Shown: positions 56,682 to 64,000 of the stretch, piece after piece
How the letters are laid out: each line of letters starts with the position of its first letter
Position numbering within the stretch: the stretch's first letter is position 1
From: a virus
Length of the DNA: 64,000 bases
Reading direction: 5' to 3' (one strand)
IMG/VR virus record: IMGVR_UViG_3300017917_003565
Span: 1 to 64,000 of that record
Made by a program: the position numbers and the translations under genes
Notes under the pieces: model-generated
What the model was told of the DNA's origin: nothing
The model's input: only the letters and a program-made list of their open reading frames with translations
Databases searched by the model: none

Positions 56682-57407
56682 TCAGTCCCACAATCCTTCG
56701 TAGTATTTGCCAAACAGTCGGAATCCGTTAGAGATGCGTTTTTGCACAGCCTCCATGCCTTCACGATCCCAATAACTGGTGTCGTTTGGACCTCGCTTCA
56801 TTTCGTAATACTTGTGTTCGCCCTTGGGCACTTCGTTGCCATCCTTGTCCACCGGAATCCACAGCAGGTCGATTTCACCTGAATGGAATTCGCTTTGCCA
56901 GTCGTCCTCGTTTTTCTTTTCAAAGGCAAAAATCATTTCGTCCAGGACCCAGTCCCAGCGCAGGAAGTGATTATCATCTGTGTCGTATTCGTTTTCCTTG
57001 GGTGGCGCGGCTGTGCTACGCAAGTGTTCGGGCACATCCTCGTCGTCTACCATAGGAGCGCCATGCTTGGTCGCTTTGAGTTGTCGCAACATGGGCAACA
57101 CGATGGAAGCCAAGGTCGAATCCATTGACCAGGTATCCCAGCGATCGATACGGACATATTCGACACGAGGATGGATCGTGTCTAGAACGCGGTTGATAAA
57201 CCCAGATACGGGCGTTAACCGGTCGGCCCAGCGATCTACCCACTCAGGATGATCCACCCATTGGCTTTTTTCTCGCTTTTCATCTTCTAGAGTTTGTGTC
57301 AAAGTCCATCGACCGCACTTGCTCCAGTCTGTCCAAAAGAATACGCATTCGATGATCTTATAAGGCGAGATCCAGTGATTGCGGTAGTTTGATTTATAAA
57401 CTTTCAT
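56682..57407 (-). CDS. Hypothetical phage protein
   Basis: WDTWSMD, WDWVLDEMIFAF, LFGKYYEGLWD. Confidence 0.7.
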   Translation of the reverse strand: MKVYKSNYRNHWISPYKIIECVFFWTDWSKCGRWTLTQTLEDEKREKSQWVDHPEWVDRWADRLTPVSGFINRVLDTIHPRVEYVRIDRWDTWSMDSTLASIVLPMLRQLKATKHGAPMVDDEDVPEHLRSTAAPPKENEYDTDDNHFLRWDWVLDEMIFAFEKKNEDDWQSEFHSGEIDLLWIPVDKDGNEVPKGEHKYYEMKRGPNDTSYWDREGMEAVQKRISNGFRLFGKYYEGLWD

Positions 57408-57787
57408 TGTAATCCTTTTTGTTCTAGGCCTTGTTGATACCACTCGATGAATCTATTGCCTTCGGTCTGTTTCAAATCTATCATGCAACCATCTTTAAAC
57501 AAGGCTTCATACTCAATCCAGGCATTGGCTGAATAGCCACCTTGTTCCTGATTTTCTCTATAAAATCTTAGAGATCCAGAAAAATCATCGCACCACTTCC
57601 AGTGATGATTCTTTGTATCTAAATACATGCCAAATAAATGGCTAGCATCATTGATCCATTCTGCATCATATTCTTCAACCCACAAACGTCCTAACTCATC
57701 TATTTTGTATTGATCCAACATCTGACGAGGAGTGTCTTTGCTTTGATACTTGTTGCCTTCAAACTCTACCCAGTCAAACATACCCAT
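57404..57787 (-). CDS. Hypothetical protein
   Basis: MGMFD...YQSKD. Confidence 0.65.
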   Translation of the reverse strand: MGMFDWVEFEGNKYQSKDTPRQMLDQYKIDELGRLWVEEYDAEWINDASHLFGMYLDTKNHHWKWCDDFSGSLRFYRENQEQGGYSANAWIEYEALFKDGCMIDLKQTEGNRFIEWYQQGLEQKGLQ

Positions 57788-58020
57788 TACTTGATTCCTA
57801 AAGTCAGAGGACTATGATCAAGATCACAAATATCTCGACCATTGATTGTGCCTTCGTAAAAATGTGCATCGGCGTCAATGATCTTGATTCTCATGTCACA
57901 ATGTTTGATGTCGTAGTCTGTGAAGTTGTATTGTGCATCATAGACTCTAAACACAAATTTATTCGAGGCATGGCAATAGATCAAATCTCCAACTTCACCA
58001 TTAGCAGTTCGGCTCTTCAT
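57787..58020 (-). CDS. Hypothetical protein
   Basis: Start moved to MKSRT (TAATG coupling). Confidence 0.6.
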   Translation of the reverse strand: MKSRTANGEVGDLIYCHASNKFVFRVYDAQYNFTDYDIKHCDMRIKIIDADAHFYEGTINGRDICDLDHSPLTLGIK

Positions 58021-58202
58021 TACCACGATCCATCGTCCTTCCATATTCGTATTGTCAAAAACAACCAACCCAGGCTCACAGTCTGTGAGTGTGGGCCAGC
58101 CCATTCATCTTGGTAACGGTTGATCCAGGGTATCCATCGCCAATGCAAAGGATTCACAGTCACGATCAAGGACAGGCCGCTATACCGTAACCAGTTAAAC
58201 AC
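58020..58202 (-). CDS. Small hypothetical protein
   Basis: 60 aa, Trp-rich. Confidence 0.55.
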   Translation of the reverse strand: MFNWLRYSGLSLIVTVNPLHWRWIPWINRYQDEWAGPHSQTVSLGWLFLTIRIWKDDGSW

Positions 58203-58566
58203 TTTTGACTCCTTGTTCCACCCATTGTGCTAGAGCGTCATATTGCAGAGTGTCCCACTTGGTGTGCTCATCCATTATGTCGATCTGGATGTCTCGTTCT
58301 TTGGCCTGACACAACAAGTTGTTTAACACGGCCTGTCCATACCCATTGGTACCATATCCACCGTGACGACAACGATACACTGATCCTGAAGAACCATCAA
58401 AATCCCAAAATGAATCCTGCCACGTGGCACGCACTATGCCCGAGTTCAGTTTCCATGCGTCAGAACCTGTGTAACCTCCGGACCATGACGCAAATACCTT
58501 GTAGATGATTTCTTTGGGGGTGTGTATGCGCAACACCATCCAGCGATCTGGAACATACTCACTCAT
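58195..58566 (-). CDS. Hypothetical phage protein
   Basis: PDRW, WSGGY, WKLNSG, SGSVYRC. Confidence 0.7.
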   Translation of the reverse strand: MSEYVPDRWMVLRIHTPKEIIYKVFASWSGGYTGSDAWKLNSGIVRATWQDSFWDFDGSSGSVYRCRHGGYGTNGYGQAVLNNLLCQAKERDIQIDIMDEHTKWDTLQYDALAQWVEQGVKSV

Positions 58567-58772
58567 CAGCTACCTCCTCCGACATAGACATGATGCATCA
58601 AATAGTTGATCACTTGATCAGACCCCAGTACCCACTGTTGTTCTGGTGTGCGTCCATCAAAAGCACGATTAGGACTGCACCACCATTTTGGTGCCAAATC
58701 TGATCCTACCATGGCTGTGACCAAACGATCGGCAATGTACCGGAATTCTTTTTGAGTATCAACAGAGCTCAT
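58566..58772 (-). CDS. Xre/MbcA/ParS antitoxin C-terminal-like protein
   Basis: KWWCSPNRAFDGRTP...V-NYL. Confidence 0.6.
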   Translation of the reverse strand: MSSVDTQKEFRYIADRLVTAMVGSDLAPKWWCSPNRAFDGRTPEQQWVLGSDQVINYLMHHVYVGGGS

Positions 58773-58803
58773 ATGCATATTATAACTGATCTATGATTTT
58801 TGA

Positions 58804-59622
58804 TCAATCGAGATCTAAGTACTGTAACTCAAAATGATTGGCTTGAGACTCATGCCCTACGTAACCTCTAGGGTTGCATACCACACGAGTGGTTCCAATA
58901 TGGTAGTCACTATTGTTGTGCATGTGACCATGACAAACCAGTTTGATCTGTGGACGGTCCAACAAAAACTCCGAAAGATCGGTGTAGAAGTTACCGTTCA
59001 TCAAAGTATCAGATTTGTAGCATTCGGCCACACTGAGCTCAGATGGTGCATGATGCACTACCAACACAAACTTTTCATCCGGTCGGCCTTCGGTCACGAT
59101 ACGGATATAATCCAGCATGGCCCGATGATCGGCCAAGGTATCTTCGGGTTGTAATCGGCTGGCATAACCGCCACCGCTGACACCGCGCCCGCTGTTACGA
59201 CACACTCGGTAATCATTCATGCTCTTGCTGGCATTCCACATGGTCAAAGGATCTTCGTTGTTAAAGTCAGTCCAGAGTGTTCCGCCTACAAAGGTCACAC
59301 CTTTGATGTCAATGGTGTTCTTGTCCAGCATGTGCAAGTTGGAACACTTCTGATTGTCTAGCATGGCCCGGAGGCGATGACGACTACGGGCAAAATCACC
59401 GCTGTAGTGTTCGTGGTTGCCTAGCACATATACAACCTTTTCAAACCGATCGCATACACGACGGAAAAAGGTCTGTACCCTACGACCCATAGGAGTGTCG
59501 TTGGTGGCATCTACCGCTTGGCAGATATCTCCAGCCAACACTAACACATCAGCTGCCTGTTCATTGAACAGCTCGATATCACCGAACTCTAGATGGATGT
59601 CAGACGCCAACGCCAGTTTCAT
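58804..59622 (-). CDS. Calcineurin-like metallophosphoesterase
   Basis: SDIH, AGD, GNHE, HHAP, HGHMH, NPRGY. Confidence 0.9.
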   Translation of the reverse strand: MKLALASDIHLEFGDIELFNEQAADVLVLAGDICQAVDATNDTPMGRRVQTFFRRVCDRFEKVVYVLGNHEHYSGDFARSRHRLRAMLDNQKCSNLHMLDKNTIDIKGVTFVGGTLWTDFNNEDPLTMWNASKSMNDYRVCRNSGRGVSGGGYASRLQPEDTLADHRAMLDYIRIVTEGRPDEKFVLVVHHAPSELSVAECYKSDTLMNGNFYTDLSEFLLDRPQIKLVCHGHMHNNSDYHIGTTRVVCNPRGYVGHESQANHFELQYLDLD

Positions 59623-59992
59623 TTGTTTCCTGTTTTTTAAGATTAGCCAGTTCGGCCTTGAGTCGCTCGATTAGATCTGGATCGCCACCACTGAGATATG
59701 CAATCTTGTCAGGATACAGTTCAGCGAATCGTTTGCGTATTTCGGCTAGGTCAGATCCTTGACACAGGAACTGACGATCGTTTTCACGATAAAAATACAG
59801 TTGTCCATTGTGTTCTTCTACCAACACACCCAACATCTGTTTTTCTACCTCTTGGGCAGCTTCACGTGCTAGATCACGGATCTGCACTTCAAACCGCCCA
59901 ATGGCGCGGCGCACCAGATAAACCAGCAACAACACGCTGATGCCCATGCCGATCATGATACCAGCTATAAGATTTAGAGTACTACTTTCCAT
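59600..59992 (-). CDS. Membrane-anchored hypothetical protein
   Basis: N-terminal TM helix. Confidence 0.65.
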   Translation of the reverse strand: MESSTLNLIAGIMIGMGISVLLLVYLVRRAIGRFEVQIRDLAREAAQEVEKQMLGVLVEEHNGQLYFYRENDRQFLCQGSDLAEIRKRFAELYPDKIAYLSGGDPDLIERLKAELANLKKQETNETGVGV

Positions 59993-60021
59993 GTTTCACT
60001 CCAGGTTGATTAACACAGTGT

Positions 60022-60540
60022 TTATTTTAGTCCTTTGGCTTCTACACCTTCTTTGTACCACTCAGTCAAAGGTTCTGGTTCTTCATCTTCAACATAGCCA
60101 AACGCTTCTTCGGCCATGGCCAGATACCCTTCACGATCAGAATTTGCGTCACGATGATCATCATCCAGGTATTCGCCATCCCAGATTACCCGGCCCACAA
60201 AGGCCATTCCGGGTTCCCAATATTCCAAGGTAAACTGCATCTGACTGTTTTGTTGCGCCCAGGTGTAAAAGGCTTCCACACAAGGACCCCAGGCCGTACT
60301 GAACTCAAATGTGACAGAATCTTCTTCGGGTTGATGCTCAAAATACACATCCGATATTTCCCATTTGGTACCCCAGTTGGCCACACGCCACGAATACCAA
60401 TCTTGGTCAGTTTCGTACTTGGGCTCGGGCACCATCCAGGCCAGCAACGGTGTGTCTTCATGATTGAGGATTTCAGTGATTTCCTGGATCACCGACGCAG
60501 GACCTGAAATAGTTGCACGGTTGGAACACCAGTTGGGCAT
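60022..60540 (-). CDS. YubB/Api92-like ferredoxin-fold protein
   Basis: MPNWC, WYSWR..NWGTKW, FSTAW, YWEPG. Confidence 0.7.
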   Translation of the reverse strand: MPNWCSNRATISGPASVIQEITEILNHEDTPLLAWMVPEPKYETDQDWYSWRVANWGTKWEISDVYFEHQPEEDSVTFEFSTAWGPCVEAFYTWAQQNSQMQFTLEYWEPGMAFVGRVIWDGEYLDDDHRDANSDREGYLAMAEEAFGYVEDEEPEPLTEWYKEGVEAKGLK

Positions 60541-60569
60541 GATATACCTTTATTTACTGTAAAACTACA

Positions 60570-60598
60570 TTATACAGCAAATGCCATTATTGGTCAAC
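60570..60598 (-). promoter_or_regulatory. sigma70-type early promoter
   Basis: TTGACC...TATAAT related to the 45-47 kb copies. Confidence 0.7.
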
Positions 60599-60600
60599 CA

Positions 60601-60631
60601 AAGAAAAAGCCCTGGTATTGCGCCAGGGCTT
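60601..60631 (-). terminator. Intrinsic terminator
   Basis: AAGCCCTGG/CCAGGGCTT hairpin followed by U tract on minus strand. Confidence 0.75.
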
Positions 60632-60670
60632 GGGCTCAGTGCTCGGTCTGAATCGAGCAGCGGGTGGGTA

Positions 60671-60934
60671 TTAGATACCCAATGCAAGAGCACGGTAGCC
60701 AGCGGCTACCAACTTACGGCTGGGTTTGCCAAGCACATATTCTGTGACTTGTACGCCATTGCCTGCTTTGCGGCTGTTGGTGTAAACGGCAAAACCGTGG
60801 TTACGGATGCGGCTTACTTCAGCTGACAAATTCTTAACACCCATCTTTGATGCTTGGCTGGCTGTTAAGGCTTTACCACTTTGCAGTGCTTGGAAGACGC
60901 GGAAGGTCTTGGTTTCTGGATTGATAAACTTCAT
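60671..60934 (-). CDS. Small winged-HTH DNA-binding protein
   Basis: LTASQA...GVKNLSAEVSRIR..G. Confidence 0.6.
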   Translation of the reverse strand: MKFINPETKTFRVFQALQSGKALTASQASKMGVKNLSAEVSRIRNHGFAVYTNSRKAGNGVQVTEYVLGKPSRKLVAAGYRALALGI

Positions 60935-61063
60935 TTGTGTTACCTTTCATGATAGTTCACTGTTTTTACACAGCGTAGGCTTAGTATAGCATGCGCTGAC
61001 TTGCTAAACAACCTTGTTTGGTAAGCATTTAGCCATAAATAACAAAAAAGGCTGAATCCACAC

Positions 61064-64000
61064 ATGACCCAATATGTTATCAACATCGGAGCCTTGCCCA
61101 ATGATGGCACGGGCGATCCGCTTAGAACCGCTTTTAACGAAGTAAATCTCAACTTTGACCAGGTTTTCGCCGCGGGTCCGGTACTGAGCAATATTCGGAT
61201 AGCCAACAACACCATACTCACTACCAACACCAATGGAAACTTGGTTTTGGCACCCAATGGCATAGGCCTAGTGCAATCCAATGTCAGCATCGTGCCTAAC
61301 TCGGCCAACATACGCAATCTAGGAAGCGCAGATCGTCGTTGGAGCACGGTGTACACACAGTATCTGGACGTTTCGGCCAATCTCACCATCAGCGGAAACA
61401 TCATCTACAACGGCGACCTAAATGTGGCCGGAAATCTCACAGTCAATGGCGATCTTATCGAAGTCGGCAACATCGTCACAGACAGTAAAACCATACAGTT
61501 AGCCAACACCGCAGGTACTACCGCCGCTGCCAACGGGTCGGGTATCACTGTGGGGGCCAACGATCTTATAGCCACTTACCTTTTTGACAGCTCAGCTGAT
61601 GCCTGGACCACCAATATCGGCATTACGGCCGTGGGCAATATAGCAGCACCTTATTTCTTGGGCAACGGTAGCCAGCTTTCCGGCGTACGAGCAGATACCT
61701 TGGTCGGCAACACCCTGAGTTCCAATGTGTTGTTCTCCAGCCTAACTTCCGTGGGCACCTTGACTGCGCTAAATGTAACTGGCAATGTTTCAGCCACGGG
61801 CAACATCATTGGTGGCAATGTTGAAACCACAGGACTGATCACAGCCACGGGCAACATTATTGGCGGCAACATCACTACCACAGGCAATGTGTCTGCAGAT
61901 TATGTCATAGTAGCCGGAGGAATCGTAGCCGAAGCATCGGCCAGTCCGGCTCCTAGCTTATCAGGATTTGGCAATATCACTAGCGGTAATCTTATCACCA
62001 CAGGGATGGTAACAGCCACTGGCAATGTCACAGGTGGCAATGTTGCCAGCGGTAACCTGATCACTGGTGTAACTCTGCAGGTGTCTGATGCCACTGTGTA
62101 TGGCAACGTTGACAGTGTCATGGTCAATGCCACGGGCAACGTAGTCGCAGGACAATATTTTATTGGTGACGGTAGTTTACTCACAGGCATTGGTGCCAGC
62201 TACAACGATGCTGACGTAGCCAACTTGTTGGCGGCATTCGGTGCTAATATTATCAACAGCACTGGCAACATCACCACCACTGCCAATGTGTCCGGCGGTT
62301 ACATACTAGGAGATGGTAGCCAGCTTACCAACTTGCCAGTACAACCCGGCACTTATGGTGACTCCAACGTAGTCACATTGTTGGGTGCATTTGGCAGCAA
62401 CAATGTATCGACCACGGGCAACATCACAGCCGGATTGTTGATAGGCAATGGATCGGTTCTAACTGACATCACTGGAGCCAACGTCACAGGAACTGTGGCA
62501 AATGCGTCCTACGCCACTTCGGCAGGTTCCGCGACTACTGCCACTTCGGCCACTACTGCTAACACAGTGACTGACGCAGCACAACCCAATATCACAAGTG
62601 TAGGCACATTGACCAGTGTGACCAGCTCGGGTAACGTACAAGGCGGTAACTTGTTGACTGGCGGACTAATTTCGGCCGCTGGTAATGTTACAGGTGCTTA
62701 TATATTTGGTAACGGTAGCCAACTCACTGACATCAATGCCGTCACGATAGATATAACCGATACCAACGGGTTGACCACCGTATACTACCCAACTTTTGTA
62801 GAGAACAGAAGCACAGGACAGATCGCCCGTGCCGATGTGGACCTTTCATATCGCACAGACACCAATACGTTGACCGTGGGCAATCTATCAGCCACTGGCA
62901 ACGTCACAGGCACATTTATACTTGGCAACGGATCACAACTTACTGGCATCATTAGTAGCTATGGCGATTCCAATGTGGCCACATTGTTGGCCAACTTTGG
63001 TTCCAACGCAGTATCAACCACAGGCAACGTGACCAGTGGTAATCTAACAACTTCTGGTACTGTGTCAGCCACAGGCAATGTCAACAGCAACGAAATCAAT
63101 GCCAATCGAGCGGTACTAGGAAACATTGGTGGTAGTAGTATTTCTGCCGATGGTCGTATTTTCACCAGCGGCAATGTGGTTGCAGGAAACGTAAACTCAA
63201 ACGGTATACTTTTTTCCACAGGCAACATCGTTGGTCCACATGTCAATGTCACTGGAAATGTAGTAGCTGGCAATGTCAACTCCAATGGCTTGTTGTTTGC
63301 TGTCGGCAACATCGTTGGTGCTAACTTAGATTCTTATGGTATTATCACAGCGATTGGTAATGTCACTACCAATGCCAACGTCAATGCCAACAACTTGCAT
63401 GCATCAAATCGACTCAGTGTTACCGGTAACATAGTAGCCGGCAATGTCAACTCCAATGGCTTGTTGTTTGCTACAGGTAACGTAGTGGGCGGCAATGTCA
63501 ACTCCAATGGTAGAATTTTTGCGTCAGGCAATATACAAGGTGCTAACATTGACACCACTGGATCAATTTCAGCTGTGGGTAATGTGATTGGTGATTACTT
63601 CTTTGGTAACGGTAGCCAACTTACTGGCATTGTAGTTTCTGGAGGAACTTCCATAGACAATGGCATATCAAATGTGAGCATAGCTTCTGCTAATGGTCCA
63701 ATCACTGTGTCATACAATGGCAGCGGCAATACCTGGACATTTGGCAATACAAGTGTTCCACAAGCTCTGTATTGGCCGGATGGATCATTCCAGGCCACAG
63801 CCTTTGTGGGCCAGGCCACAGACTTGGTCAGTACAGGTAATGCCACAATCACCAGCGATGCGCTTGGTGTATCATATGTATGGACCTTTGACGATATTGG
63901 AAATCTCACTCTGCCTACCAACGGTAGTATTGTTGTAGATGGCGGCGATGGTGCGATTGGCCCGGTCAGCGACGACTTAGTTATCTCATGGGACAACGAG
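61064..64000 (+). CDS. Large tail-fibre/baseplate repeat protein, partial (runs off right edge)
   Basis: Manual translation MTQYVINIGALPNDGTGDPLRTAF (T4 gp9/gp10-like N-terminus); SATGNV repeats; same frame at 64000; TAAATA at 61036; absent from ORF track. Confidence 0.85.
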   Translation, partial: MTQYVINIGALPNDGTGDPLRTAFNEVNLNFDQVFAAGPVLSNIRIANNTILTTNTNGNLVLAPNGIGLVQSNVSIVPNSANIRNLGSADRRWSTVYTQYLDVSANLTISGNIIYNGDLNVAGNLTVNGDLIEVGNIVTDSKTIQLANTAGTTAAANGSGITVGANDLIATYLFDSSADAWTTNIGITAVGNIAAPYFLGNGSQLSGVRADTLVGNTLSSNVLFSSLTSVGTLTALNVTGNVSATGNIIGGNVETTGLITATGNIIGGNITTTGNVSADYVIVAGGIVAEASASPAPSLSGFGNITSGNLITTGMVTATGNVTGGNVASGNLITGVTLQVSDATVYGNVDSVMVNATGNVVAGQYFIGDGSLLTGIGASYNDADVANLLAAFGANIINSTGNITTTANVSGGYILGDGSQLTNLPVQPGTYGDSNVVTLLGAFGSNNVSTTGNITAGLLIGNGSVLTDITGANVTGTVANASYATSAGSATTATSATTANTVTDAAQPNITSVGTLTSVTSSGNVQGGNLLTGGLISAAGNVTGAYIFGNGSQLTDINAVTIDITDTNGLTTVYYPTFVENRSTGQIARADVDLSYRTDTNTLTVGNLSATGNVTGTFILGNGSQLTGIISSYGDSNVATLLANFGSNAVSTTGNVTSGNLTTSGTVSATGNVNSNEINANRAVLGNIGGSSISADGRIFTSGNVVAGNVNSNGILFSTGNIVGPHVNVTGNVVAGNVNSNGLLFAVGNIVGANLDSYGIITAIGNVTTNANVNANNLHASNRLSVTGNIVAGNVNSNGLLFATGNVVGGNVNSNGRIFASGNIQGANIDTTGSISAVGNVIGDYFFGNGSQLTGIVVSGGTSIDNGISNVSIASANGPITVSYNGSGNTWTFGNTSVPQALYWPDGSFQATAFVGQATDLVSTGNATITSDALGVSYVWTFDDIGNLTLPTNGSIVVDGGDGAIGPVSDDLVISWDNE

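Noticed and set aside
1-61000. Numerous plus-strand ORFs in the track (other than phoH)
   Set aside because: They lie antisense to convincing minus-strand genes and lack RBS or motifs; shadow ORFs
60940-63996. Minus-strand ORFs over the right end
   Set aside because: Antisense shadows of the long plus-strand fibre gene
1-64000. CRISPR array, tRNA, tmRNA, rRNA
   Set aside because: No regularly spaced repeat-spacer series and no cloverleaf or tmRNA termini seen by eye; a tRNAscan/ARAGORN run would be definitive
1-64000. Stop-codon reassignment
   Set aside because: Known proteins are full length under code 11, and TAA, TAG and TGA all end genes at tight junctions

Overview
This window is a gene-dense segment of a large, probably jumbo, tailed dsDNA phage using standard genetic code 11. 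Almost all genes lie on the minus strand; the exceptions are phoH and a large tail/baseplate gene running off the right edge. The left part (1-21 kb) is late-transcribed from TAAATA promoters. It holds a family of proteins with an MRAxEF..E N-terminus, a 1534-aa multi-enzyme protein (nucleotidyltransferase + zincin + amidoligase), ClpA, DnaJ, and a lysis module (GH19 endolysin, spanins, holin candidates) interrupted by isocitrate lyase. The middle (21-42 kb) has PhoH, a HAD nucleotidase, a radical SAM enzyme, a clamp loader, GroES, a DnaE fragment, tail/baseplate genes with 17-aa repeats, a subtilase, ErpA, SOD, IF-1, a SleB-like hydrolase and SerC. The right part (42-61 kb) is an early region of small genes behind repeated sigma70 promoters. 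It includes ahpC-ahpD with an OxyR-like box and an operon of EcoRI-like endonuclease, Dam-family methylase and ABC-GNAT fusion. Host-like genes resemble Betaproteobacteria (by recall, not searched). The best candidates for novelty are (1) a putative virion-cargo system with a shared N-terminal tag and enzyme modules separated by hydrophobic-X-E protease sites, and (2) four intergenic loci with dense RNA-like secondary structure (about 39.85-40.12, 42.88-43.19, 46.11-46.19 and 53.26-53.50 kb). All calls come from motif reading by eye; no database searches or folding programs were run.
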